In this document: positions 29,942-39,625 of the stretch, piece after piece
How positions within the stretch are numbered: position 1 is the stretch's first letter
How the letters are laid out: each line of letters starts with the position of its first letter
Assembly (NCBI GenBank): GCA_964569045.1
Contig: CAZMSR010000003.1
Location: forward strand, 23,492-87,491
Direction: 5' to 3'
DNA: 64,000 bases
Origin: an uncultured Gammaproteobacteria bacterium
Lineage (GTDB): Bacteria > Patescibacteriota > Patescibacteriia > Patescibacteriales > BS150m-G62
Made by a program: the position numbers and the translations under genes
The notes under the pieces: model-generated
Databases searched by the model: none
What the model saw: only the letters and a program-made list of their open reading frames with translations
What the model was told of the DNA's origin: nothing

Positions 29942-31036
29942 ATGAATAATTTACCAAAAAATATAAATTGGCCTTTGGTGGTGTTTGCGGTATTTTTTTT
30001 AGGACCGCTTTTTGGAAAGTTGCTTATACCTTTATTGATTGCGGGAGGAGTAGTGTGGGGTTTTAAAAGATTTTCACAGACTAATTGGAAAGCAAAAATG
30101 CCTGACAATATAATAAATATCGAAAATATAAATAATTCAACTAATAACAAAAAAGATAATATGAATACACAAAACATGAGCGGAGGAAATCCAATTGATC
30201 CAATGCTTGAAAATATAAAAAAGAAGTTTAGTTTTTTTGTAATTTTTGTAATAATTTTACTGGTATTAATTTCATCAATTAGAGTGGTTGATGCCGGTGT
30301 TACAGGGGTATATTCACTTTTTGGAAAAGTGAGCGAAAAAGAGTTAGCAAGTGGCTTTCATTTAGTTAACCCGCTTGGACGCGTTACCCCTATGTCTGTT
30401 CGAACAGAAGAATACACAATGAGTATTTTGCAAGGTGAAGGTAAGAAAGCAGGAGCAGACGCAATTTCAGCATTAACTAAAGAAGGTTTGAATGTTGATT
30501 TGGATATTACGGTGTTGTACCATTTAAGTGAGGTTGATGCGGCGCAAGTATATAAGACAATTGGCTTGAATTACGAAGAAAAGTTAATTAGACCAGAAAT
30601 ACGTTCTGCAATAAGAGAAGTTATAGCTCGCTATGAAGCAAAAGATATTTACTCTGAAAAACGCGAGGAAGCAGCTAGTAATATTTTAGAGAATTTAGCA
30701 GCAAAATTAGTTAAACGTGGTATAATTATTGAAGATGTATTGCTTAGAAATGTTCAGCTTCCGTCTGGTTTGGCAGAATCCATTCAGCAAAAGCTTCAAG
30801 CTGAGCAAGAAGCTCAAAGATATGACTTTTTGTTAGCAAAAGAAGAAAAAGAAAAAGAGCGTAAAATAATAGAAGCCGAAGGTCAGAAAGAATCTCAGAA
30901 TATTATTAATAAAAGTTTAACAACTAATTATCTTTATTACTTGTATATTAATCAGTTAAAAGATCGTGAAGGAACAATTTATGTACCAACTAGTGCTGAA
31001 ACCGGCATGCCGTTATTTAAGGATGTTAGTAGGTAG
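29942..31036 (+). CDS. SPFH/prohibitin family membrane protein
   Basis: G.H..NP, TKEGL.V.LD, RSAIR, LLRNV.LP, AEQEAQ coiled coil. Confidence 0.9.
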   Translation: MNNLPKNINWPLVVFAVFFLGPLFGKLLIPLLIAGGVVWGFKRFSQTNWKAKMPDNIINIENINNSTNNKKDNMNTQNMSGGNPIDPMLENIKKKFSFFVIFVIILLVLISSIRVVDAGVTGVYSLFGKVSEKELASGFHLVNPLGRVTPMSVRTEEYTMSILQGEGKKAGADAISALTKEGLNVDLDITVLYHLSEVDAAQVYKTIGLNYEEKLIRPEIRSAIREVIARYEAKDIYSEKREEAASNILENLAAKLVKRGIIIEDVLLRNVQLPSGLAESIQQKLQAEQEAQRYDFLLAKEEKEKERKIIEAEGQKESQNIINKSLTTNYLYYLYINQLKDREGTIYVPTSAETGMPLFKDVSR

Positions 31037-31065
31037 TGGAGATAAATATTTTTTTGTAGAATAAG

Positions 31066-31632
31066 ATGCGAAATATTATTTTTGTAACAACAAATCTTAA
31101 AAAAGTAGAAGAAGTAAATGCGCTTTTAAGTCAATATGAGGTAAAAGTAGAGCAACTTGCAATTGATTATCCGGAGGGTAAAGAAGACTCTATTGAAGAG
31201 GTGTGTTATAAAGCTGCTTTTGAGCTTTCGCATAAGTATAACAGAGAATTAATTGTGGAAGATACCGGATTATTTTTTAAAGCTTATAATAATTTTCCAG
31301 GAGCAATGCCTAAGTTTGTGTATAATTCTATTGGTTTTGAAGGTATATTTAGATTACTTAAAGGTAAAGATAGAGGTGCTTATTTTAAATCGGTTTTTGG
31401 GTACTGTAAGCCGGGTTTTGAGCCAAGATTGTTTAGTGCTGTGGTAGATGGTAGAATTACAGGAATGGTTGAGGATAGTGAATTATATGGTGAATTTATG
31501 CCATATGATAAGATATTTATTCCAGATGGAATGGATAGAGTTGTTGCTAAGATGTCACTAGATGAGAAGAATAGTGTTTCTCAGCGTGGGAAATTGTCTC
31601 ATGAATTAGGTAAGTTTTTAATTAATAATTAA
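31066..31632 (+). CDS. Non-canonical purine NTP pyrophosphatase (RdgB/Ham1 family)
   Basis: TTN..K..E, VEDTGL, FPG, YD.IF.P, EKN.VSQRG. Confidence 0.9.
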   Translation: MRNIIFVTTNLKKVEEVNALLSQYEVKVEQLAIDYPEGKEDSIEEVCYKAAFELSHKYNRELIVEDTGLFFKAYNNFPGAMPKFVYNSIGFEGIFRLLKGKDRGAYFKSVFGYCKPGFEPRLFSAVVDGRITGMVEDSELYGEFMPYDKIFIPDGMDRVVAKMSLDEKNSVSQRGKLSHELGKFLINN

Positions 31633-31682
31633 ATGAGGACTAGCTAATTAATATTGTATTGTTAGTGAATGGTACGTTTTAT

Positions 31683-32090
31683 ATGATTGAGTGTATTTTT
31701 TGTAAAATAATAAAAGGTGAGATACCTTGTGATAAAATTTATGAGGATAGTAAATTTTTAGCTTTTTTAGATATTAGACCATTAGCAGTTGGGCATACTT
31801 TAGTAATACCAAAAAGTCATGAAAGATGGGTATGGGATATTTCTGATATTGGTGGGTATTTTGAGGTGGTTGCTCAAATGGCAAATGCTCAAAAAAAAGT
31901 TTTGAAGCTAGACATGATTAAATCAATAATTGTTGGGGATGAAGTGCCTCATGCGCATGTGCATTTAGTACCTTATAAGCCTAATGGTGAAGTTAGAAGT
32001 GTTAATTTTAGCAAGTTTATTAATGTTAGTAAAGAAATTAATCTAGAGTTTATTAAAAAAATTATAAGTGAATTAAATAGATTGGATTAA
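31683..32090 (+). CDS. HIT family hydrolase
   Basis: CIFCKII, GHTLVIPK.H, HAHVH triad. Confidence 0.93.
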   Translation: MIECIFCKIIKGEIPCDKIYEDSKFLAFLDIRPLAVGHTLVIPKSHERWVWDISDIGGYFEVVAQMANAQKKVLKLDMIKSIIVGDEVPHAHVHLVPYKPNGEVRSVNFSKFINVSKEINLEFIKKIISELNRLD

Positions 32091-32117
32091 ATTTGTTTTA
32101 GTGAAAAATATTTTATA

Positions 32118-32651
32118 ATGACTTGGAAAACATTAAATTCAAAAATAGTTCATAAAAATCCTTGGTGGCAAGTTAAGCATAATAAAGTTATAAATCTAAG
32201 TGGTAAGCCGGATGACTATTTTATTGTAGATAAAGGAATAGGAGTATTAGTTGTGGCTGAATATAGTGATAAGGAAATTGTTTTAGTTGGTCAAACACGC
32301 TATCCAATTGGGAATATTTATTCTTGGGAAGTAATTGGTGGCGGAGCAAAGAGTGATCAAACTCCGTTAGCGGCTGCCAAAGCAGAGCTTACTGAAGAAG
32401 CTGGATTTAAAGCAAAGAAATGGATTAAAATTGGATATTCTTATTCAAATAATAGCATTAGTTCTGAAAAAATTTATATGTTTTTAGCTAGAGATTTAAA
32501 AAAAGTACAAGTTGATCCAGAGGACTCTGAAGATATAACGGTTAGAATAGAAAGTGTGGAAAATGTTAAAGAAATGATAAAAAAAAATGTGATAACGGAT
32601 GGTAGAACAATAACAGTGATGTATAAATATCTAGAATATATTAATAGGTAA
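32118..32651 (+). CDS. NUDIX hydrolase (ADP-ribose pyrophosphatase-like)
   Basis: Q.RYP, WE..GG.........AA..EL.EEAG Nudix box. Confidence 0.88.
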   Translation: MTWKTLNSKIVHKNPWWQVKHNKVINLSGKPDDYFIVDKGIGVLVVAEYSDKEIVLVGQTRYPIGNIYSWEVIGGGAKSDQTPLAAAKAELTEEAGFKAKKWIKIGYSYSNNSISSEKIYMFLARDLKKVQVDPEDSEDITVRIESVENVKEMIKKNVITDGRTITVMYKYLEYINR

Positions 32652-32662
32652 AAGATAATTAA

Positions 32663-32793
32663 AATGTAATTCCCCACTAACTTTTTATGCATTTTCACTG
32701 AGTGCAATTTTTGAACAATTTTACACTCAAAAATTGCTACAAAGTTACATATTCGTTCAAAAAATATAAAGGGTTAGTAGGGGGGGGCGCATT
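32663..32793 (+). repeat. Long imperfect inverted repeat upstream of rml genes
   Basis: TTCCCC-ACTAACT/GGTTAGT-A-GGGGGG outer stem; perfect 11-bp inner stem GCAATTTTTGA/TCAAAAATTGC. Confidence 0.6.
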
Positions 32794-32940
32794 AAAATTT
32801 TGTGCACGCTTTTAGAGGATTGTCAATATTGACGATCTTTTTTTGTTTGATAAGATAAATTATTAAATATTTTGAAAAATTTAATATAGTGTATTTTTGT
32901 AAGAAACAAAACGTTTTTGTATAAAATCTTTAAAGTGAAT

Positions 32941-34632
32941 ATGAAAGTAATTAAAACAAAATTAGAAGGTTTGCTTATTTTGGAGCCACAAGTATTTGGT
33001 GATGAACGTGGATTTTTTTTAGAATCTCATAATGAGATTAAATATTTAGATATTGGGATAAAGGATAAATTTGTTCAAGATAATCTTTCAAAGTCTACAA
33101 AAGGAGTTTTAAGAGGATTGCATTTTCAAGAACCTCCATACGCCCAAGGTAAACTTGTTCAAGTAATAAGTGGTAGTGTGTTAGATGTTGCTGTTGATAT
33201 TCGCTATAATTCTCCAACTTATGGTGAGTATCTATTAGTTGAATTAAACGAAGGAAATAAAAAACAACTTTGGATTCCTCCTGGATTTGCGCATGGTTTT
33301 TTAACACTTAGTGAAGAGGCTATTTTTCATTATAAATGTACGGCGCCGTACAATAAAGAGTCAGAAGGTGGAATAATGTGGAATGATCCGGATTTAGGGA
33401 TTAAATGGGGAATTAGTGACCCTAGTTTATCAGATAAAGATAAGCTTTACCCTGAATTTAAGAAAGTAAAAAAAGTATTTACTTACAATAGTGATAAAAA
33501 GTTTACGCGACCTTTGAAAAAAGTTTTAGTAACCGGAGGAGCAGGGTTTATTGGCTCAAATTTTATTAAATATTGGTTAAATAAATATAGTGATGATAAA
33601 ATTGTTAATTTAGATGATTTAACTTATGCGGGGAATTTAGAGAATTTGCGTGATGTTGAAAATAATCCTAATTATAGATTTGTGAAGGGGAGTATAGTTG
33701 ATGAAAAGTTAGTGAATACTATAGTATCGCAAGTTGATCTTGTGGTACATTTTGCTGCTGAATCTCATGTTGATAGATCAATATATAGTAGCTCTGAATT
33801 TATTAAAACAAATATTGGTGGAACAAGGGTGATTCTTGATGCTGTAAAGAAAAATAAAGGAGTGCATTTTCATCATGTTTCAACAGATGAGGTTTTTGGA
33901 CATTTAGGACCTTATGATGAGGCTTTTAATGAAAATACTAATTATAGCCCTCGTTCACCATATAGCGCTTCTAAAGCAGCAGCAGATCATCTTGTTAGAT
34001 CATATTTTAATACTTTTAATCTTCCAATTACTATTTCTAATTGTTCGAATAATTATGGTCCTTATCAATTTCCTGAAAAATTACATTCATTGTTTATTAC
34101 TAATTTAATAGAAGGGAAAAAAGTGCCGCTTTATGGTGATGGTAAACAAACTAGAGATTGGCTTTATGTTGAAGATCATTGTAATGCGATTGATGTAATA
34201 ATTCATAAAGGAAAATTAGGTGAGACGTATTTAATTGGTGGTGAGTGTGAAAAAACAAATATTGAAATTGCTCAATCTATTATTTTATTAATATTTAATG
34301 AGTATTTAGTGATGTTTGATGAATTATTGTTAAGGAATGAGATTACTGGCGGTAATGCGGGGAAAAATTTGCATGATCTTAAAAATATTGTAAAATTAAT
34401 TAGTAAAAGTAATGCTATGATTAGCTATGTTCCAGATAGATTGGGGCATGATCGACGATATGCTGTAAATATTGAAAAAATAAAGAATGAGTTAGGGTGG
34501 GTACCAAAGGTTAATTTTGAGCAAGGAATGAAAAAAACAGTTAAATGGTATCAAGAAAACCAGGATTGGTGGAGAAGAGTAAAAAGTGGAGAGTATAGTG
34601 ATTATTATAAAAAGCAATATAAAGAAAAATAA
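32941..34632 (+). CDS. rmlC-rmlB: RmlC-RmlB fusion (dTDP-4-dehydrorhamnose 3,5-epimerase + dTDP-glucose 4,6-dehydratase)
   Basis: N-half DERGFF, GVLRGLHFQ, GFAHGF; C-half VTGGAGFIG, HFAAESHVDRS, STDEV, YSASK, DRLGHDRRY; one open frame. Confidence 0.92.
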   Translation: MKVIKTKLEGLLILEPQVFGDERGFFLESHNEIKYLDIGIKDKFVQDNLSKSTKGVLRGLHFQEPPYAQGKLVQVISGSVLDVAVDIRYNSPTYGEYLLVELNEGNKKQLWIPPGFAHGFLTLSEEAIFHYKCTAPYNKESEGGIMWNDPDLGIKWGISDPSLSDKDKLYPEFKKVKKVFTYNSDKKFTRPLKKVLVTGGAGFIGSNFIKYWLNKYSDDKIVNLDDLTYAGNLENLRDVENNPNYRFVKGSIVDEKLVNTIVSQVDLVVHFAAESHVDRSIYSSSEFIKTNIGGTRVILDAVKKNKGVHFHHVSTDEVFGHLGPYDEAFNENTNYSPRSPYSASKAAADHLVRSYFNTFNLPITISNCSNNYGPYQFPEKLHSLFITNLIEGKKVPLYGDGKQTRDWLYVEDHCNAIDVIIHKGKLGETYLIGGECEKTNIEIAQSIILLIFNEYLVMFDELLLRNEITGGNAGKNLHDLKNIVKLISKSNAMISYVPDRLGHDRRYAVNIEKIKNELGWVPKVNFEQGMKKTVKWYQENQDWWRRVKSGEYSDYYKKQYKEK

Positions 34633-34635
34633 AAA

Positions 34636-35511
34636 ATGTTTAATAAAAGATCTAAAGTATTAATTCTAGGGGCAAAGGGAAATTTAGGACAGCAATTAAT
34701 AAATGTTTTTAATAATGAAGTTAATGTAATCGGTTTAGATAAAGAGCAAATTGATATTACAAATGAAGAGCTAATAAAAAATAAAATTATTAATATAAGG
34801 CCTGATTTGATTGTGAATGCAGCTGCGTATAATGCAGTTGATAAATGTGAAGAAAATCCAGAAGAATATCAATTAGCTAAAAATATTAATGGTTTAGCTC
34901 CCGGGTATATAACAAAAGCAGCACTGGACGTTGGTGCTGCTTTAGTGCACTATTCAAGCGATTATGTTTTTGATGGCTTGAATAGTAAGGGTTATTTAGA
35001 AAAGGATGTTCCAAAACCGATTAATAAATATGGTGAATCTAAATTATTAGGAGAGAAAGAGATTTTAAAACAAGTTAATAGTGGTTTAAAGTGGTATATT
35101 ATAAGGACATCAAAACTGTTTGGACCAAAAGGTGAGTCAGATCAAGCTAAAGATAGTTTTTTTGATATTATGTTAAAATTAGGTAAAGAGAAAGACGAAT
35201 TAAGATTGGTTGATGAAGAAATGAGTTGTTTTACGTATACTCCGGATTTAGCTAAAGCAACCAAGGAGTTGGTGAATGGAAAATTAGGTTGTGGAATATA
35301 TCATTTGTCAAATTTAATTCCTTGTACCTGGTATGAGGCAACTGTGGAGCTATTTAAGCAGTCTAAGATTGATATAAAATTAGTCCCAATATTAAGTGAG
35401 CAATACCCCAGACCGGCAAAAAGACCAAATTCTTCTATTCTTTTGAATAATAAATTTCCTCAATTAAGGAGTTATAAAGAGGCTTTAAAAGATTATTTAA
35501 GAGAAATATAA
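34636..35511 (+). CDS. rmlD: dTDP-4-dehydrorhamnose reductase
   Basis: GAKGNLG, NAAAYNAVD, SSDYVFDG, YGESK, PAKRP. Confidence 0.93.
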   Translation: MFNKRSKVLILGAKGNLGQQLINVFNNEVNVIGLDKEQIDITNEELIKNKIINIRPDLIVNAAAYNAVDKCEENPEEYQLAKNINGLAPGYITKAALDVGAALVHYSSDYVFDGLNSKGYLEKDVPKPINKYGESKLLGEKEILKQVNSGLKWYIIRTSKLFGPKGESDQAKDSFFDIMLKLGKEKDELRLVDEEMSCFTYTPDLAKATKELVNGKLGCGIYHLSNLIPCTWYEATVELFKQSKIDIKLVPILSEQYPRPAKRPNSSILLNNKFPQLRSYKEALKDYLREI

Positions 35512-35666
35512 ATTTTTATTATATGTTTCGCCACAAGATAGTCTTCGGTAGCTTTAATTAGCTTAGGGGGTTTTTTTGTTATTTTTTTTGTGTTACTCTT
35601 TACATGAAAAATTAAATATATTAAACTAGTATTTTATATTGATCATTTTAAAAAGTGGAGGAAGTC

Positions 35667-36317
35667 ATGAAAAAACGTATACTAGTGACAGACGTTGATG
35701 GGACTTTGTTTGATTCTATGTCTCTTTACTTAGAGGCATTTAAATATACTCTAAGGCATATGGGTTTTAATATGGAGTATGTAAAGAGATTTTATTATGG
35801 TTCAGCAGGTACAACATTGATTAATCAGTATAGTATTTTGCTTAAAGAGTGTGATATGCAATATTCGGATATTATGGTACGTTGTTTGGTAAATGATTTT
35901 TATGAATTTTTGAGTGAGCATAAATCAGAGGTGAATATTTTTTTTGGTGTACAGGAAATTATAATGACTCTAGGTGAGCAAAATTTACCTATTTTTGTGA
36001 CTAGTGGTGCGACTACCGCAAAGATTGAGAAGTGGTTTAAGAAGTATGGTTTACCATATACAATGTTGCTCGGGTCAGATGATATTGTGAAAAGTAAAGT
36101 TCATATTAAAATGTTTGCTGATTGTTTAGAGATGCCATTTGATGATTTTTGCCAACAAGCTATTTTTGTTGGAGATGGACCAAATGATATGAGAATTGCA
36201 AAAGAATGTGGAATTTTAGCAGTTGGGATTCCAAATACTGTGTCAGCTGATGATTTGCTAATAGCCGGGGCAAACAAAATAATTCAAAATTTTAATGAAG
36301 TGCAAAATTTTTTTTAG
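35667..36317 (+). CDS. HAD-family hydrolase/phosphatase
   Basis: DVDGTL motif I, VTS, K, FVGDGPND; SD GGAGG. Confidence 0.88.
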   Translation: MKKRILVTDVDGTLFDSMSLYLEAFKYTLRHMGFNMEYVKRFYYGSAGTTLINQYSILLKECDMQYSDIMVRCLVNDFYEFLSEHKSEVNIFFGVQEIIMTLGEQNLPIFVTSGATTAKIEKWFKKYGLPYTMLLGSDDIVKSKVHIKMFADCLEMPFDDFCQQAIFVGDGPNDMRIAKECGILAVGIPNTVSADDLLIAGANKIIQNFNEVQNFF

Positions 36318-36412
36318 TATATAATATTATCTCTTGTCTATGGCAAGAGTTTTTTCTTTACAAAATGACCTTTATTGGCTAAATTTATTACACAATTATT
36401 TTTATAAAAAAT

Positions 36413-38217
36413 ATGGAAAAAAAAATGAAAGGAGTGATTTTGGCGGGGGGGGTGGAACAAGGCTTTATCCTAATACTAAAGTAACTAATAAGCATCTTTT
36501 ACCGGTTTATAATCAGCCAATGATTTATTACCCAATTAATACTTTAATGCGAGCCGGTATTGAAGATATTTTAATATTACCAGGCAAAGATCATGCTGGT
36601 GATTTTGCAAAATTGTTAGGGTCTGGTATAGATTTTAATGTAAATTTTAGTTTTAAAGTTCAGGATCATGCCGGAGGTTTAGCTTATGCAGTGGGATTAG
36701 CTAAGGAGTTTGTTGGAAATGATAATTTTGTAGTAATTTTAGGGGATAATATTTTAGGGGATAATATTTTAGGGGATGTGCAGGATTTTGCGGGTGGAGC
36801 TAAGATTTTTTTAAAAAAAGTGTCTGACCCTGAACGTTTTGGTGTGGCAGAGCTTGATGGTAATAAAGTACTCTCTATAGAGGAAAAGCCAATTAAGCCA
36901 AAAAGTTCTTGGGCGGCAATAGGGGTTTATATATATGATTCAAAAGCTTTTAGTTATATTAAAGATTTAAAGCCATCTGATAGAGGTGAACTAGAAATAA
37001 CTGATTTAAATAATGTTTATATGAAAAATGGTAAGTTAGAGGCTGGATTTATTAAAGGTTATTGGTTTGATACAGGGACTCATGAGAGCTTAGTTGAGGC
37101 AGCTCATTCTTTAAAGATTGTTGAGCGTCCAATTGAGCAATTGCGACTTGAACAAAAAAATGCACCAAAAGTAATTATTGGAAGTATACTTTATAATGAT
37201 AAAGATAATTTTTATAGAACTGATCATTATTTGCCTTATTATGTAAAAAGTATAAAATCTCAGAATTATAATAATGTTGAGCTTATTTTTATTGATAATT
37301 CAGGCTTGGAAGATAATCCTAATACAGTTTATTTGAAAAATAATTATCCGAAAATAAAAGTAATATATAATAAAGAAAACTCTGGTTTTGCTAAGGCGAA
37401 TAATAAGATGATAGATGAGGCGCGAAAAATGGGTGCGGATTATTTTATAGCTAGTAACGTTGATATGGTGTATGAAGTTAATGTAGTTTCTGAGTTAGTA
37501 AGTACTGCAATGAAAACTCCGCAAATAGCAAGTGCAACTTGTAAGATAAAGCGTTGGGATTATAATAAAGTTAAAGAAGGTGGAGATGGTAAGACAAATT
37601 ATATTGATACTGCAGGATTAGCTATTACTCGTGAACATAGGTTTATCAATAGGGGTGAAGCAGAAGTAGACTATGGTCAATTTGATCAAGAGGAGGAAGT
37701 ATTTGGAGCCTCAGGAGCTGCTGTTATTTATAGAATCTCAGCGCTTGAAGATGTTGCTTTTAAAAATGAGGATGGTCACAAGGAATATTATGATGAATTA
37801 ATGTTTATGTACAAGGAAGATGTTGATTTATCTTATAGGCTTCAGTTGGCTGGTTATAAATGTAATTATACTCCAAATGCTACTATATATCACGATAGAA
37901 CAGTGCATATTAAGCCAAGGGGTATTATTAATATTATTAGGTCGCGTATTGGTCGAAATAAAAAGTATAAAGAATGGTCTTGGCTTAATCATCATATAAT
38001 TTTACAAAAAATGCTTAGAGGTAATTCTCTGGATGTAAAATTGTCAACATTTTGGTATGAAATTAAAACTTTAATTTATATTTTAATTTTTGAACCTTAT
38101 TTGTTAAAACAAATTTGGGAATTATATAGGTTGCGTGATAAAATAAATAAGCGTAGAGAGCAAATTAAAAAAAGAGTAAAAATTAAAACACATATTGAGA
38201 GGATAATGATTGAGTGA
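36413..38217 (+). CDS. rmlA: RmlA-like glucose-1-phosphate thymidylyltransferase fused to a GT2 domain; frameshifted in G8 tract at 36445-36452
   Basis: ATG 36413/36425 gives MKGVILAGG in one frame; GTRLYP.TK..NKHLLPVY, LGDN, EEKP, RGELEITD, W.DTGT continue in another frame; C-terminal GT2 (N.GFAKANN, YKEDVDLSYR). Confidence 0.85.
36736..36777 (+). repeat. 15-bp in-frame tandem repeat, 2.8 copies (ILGDN)
   Basis: ATTTTAGGGGATAAT twice plus ATTTTAGGGGAT. Confidence 0.85.
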
Positions 38218-38277
38218 ATGTAATTTTAAGTAAAAAAATAACCTCTATATTTTATATTTGAGGTTTATGTTTTTGTG

Positions 38278-38652
38278 TTATTTTGATTTTTTATGTATTT
38301 GTAGTGTTACTCCAATTTCTTTATTATATCCTATTAGGATAGCGTGGTTAGTTGAAATATTGACATAATTCATGTGTCTATCAATAATTCCTTCTACGTT
38401 TGGAATGCATCTGTCAATATTTGTATGAAGCATTTTTTCTTTCCCTTTTGCTATTATTAGCACAACTGCGTATGTGCTATTGATTTCTGGAGAGCTTTTC
38501 TTTATATTTTTAATATCAGAAAAAAGTATTAGAATTTGTGTATCATCTATGATGATTGTGTATACTGTTCCTTTTTCTAATATTGTTGCCTTTGAGATTT
38601 CATTTGAGTTAAGTATAAGCACTGGTCCCAATCCAATAGTTTTGCTTGCCAT
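38278..38652 (-). CDS. Hypothetical protein
   Basis: 124-aa ATG ORF with AAGGGA upstream; convergent hairpin at about 38238-38265. Confidence 0.5.
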   Translation of the reverse strand: MASKTIGLGPVLILNSNEISKATILEKGTVYTIIIDDTQILILFSDIKNIKKSSPEINSTYAVVLIIAKGKEKMLHTNIDRCIPNVEGIIDRHMNYVNISTNHAILIGYNKEIGVTLQIHKKSK

Positions 38653-38712
38653 GTTTTTTCCCTTTTGAAAGGTTCGAATTGATAAATTTTACGTTAGCAT
38701 TATTAAAAAAAT

Positions 38713-39555
38713 ATGTCAATAGATTTAAGTATAGTAATAGTATCTTGGAATGTGAAAGATAAATTGCGTGAAAATTTAAATGCAATTTATGAGCATACTC
38801 AAAATATAAATTTTGAGGTTTTTGTTGTTGATAATAATTCGGCTGATGAGTCAGGTGATATGGTAAAAAAGGAATTTACGCAAGTGAAACTAATTGCAAA
38901 TGTAGAAAATTTAGGTTTTGCTAAAGCTAATAATCAAGCTATTAAAAAAAGTGTTGGTAAATACGTATTACTTTTGAATCCAGATATGCGTGCTCAGAAA
39001 GACACATTTAAAAAAATGGTTAATTGGATGGATGAGCGCAAAGAGGCCGGAGTAGCGGGGTGCCACCTTATAAGTCAAGATGGGAAAACCGTACCGCATG
39101 TTAGGAGATTTCCATCTTTATTTGATCAGCTTATGGTTGTATTAAAAGTGCCTCATGTGTTTCCTGGAGTAGTGAATAAATATTTGATGCGAGATTTTGA
39201 TTATGAGAAAGAGGCGAGCGTAGATTCAATAAGAGGTAGTTTTTTTATGATTAGACGTGAGGTTATTGATAAAATCGGAATGCTTGATGAGCGTTATTTT
39301 ATTTGGTTTGAAGAAGTGGATTATTGCCAACAAGTAATCAATGCTGGTTATAAAGTAAAATACACTCCGGTTGCTAAATGTGTTGATTATATTGGGCAAA
39401 GTTTTTCTTTAGTTGGTAGAGGCAAAAAACAAAGAATGTTTCGTGATAGTATGTTAAAATATTTTAAGAAGTGGCATAGTAGACTAGAGTATTTTGTATT
39501 AAAAATCGCTTGGATTTTTAGTTTTTTTTATAACATATTTATTTCAAGAAAATGA
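38713..39555 (+). CDS. Glycosyltransferase family 2 (rhamnosyltransferase-like)
   Basis: IVIVSWN, VDNNS.D, NLGFAKANN, LLNPD, EEVDYC. Confidence 0.92.
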   Translation: MSIDLSIVIVSWNVKDKLRENLNAIYEHTQNINFEVFVVDNNSADESGDMVKKEFTQVKLIANVENLGFAKANNQAIKKSVGKYVLLLNPDMRAQKDTFKKMVNWMDERKEAGVAGCHLISQDGKTVPHVRRFPSLFDQLMVVLKVPHVFPGVVNKYLMRDFDYEKEASVDSIRGSFFMIRREVIDKIGMLDERYFIWFEEVDYCQQVINAGYKVKYTPVAKCVDYIGQSFSLVGRGKKQRMFRDSMLKYFKKWHSRLEYFVLKIAWIFSFFYNIFISRK

Positions 39556-39625
39556 TTAAAAAAATAGTATCCATTTAACACCTTAGTACGAAATAATTAG
39601 TGGATACAATTTAAAGTAAAAAACA

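Noticed and set aside
36334-36412. TTG start giving an uninterrupted 627-aa RmlA-GT2
   Set aside because: That frame lacks the conserved MKGVILAGG strand, which is encoded in another frame from 36413/36425
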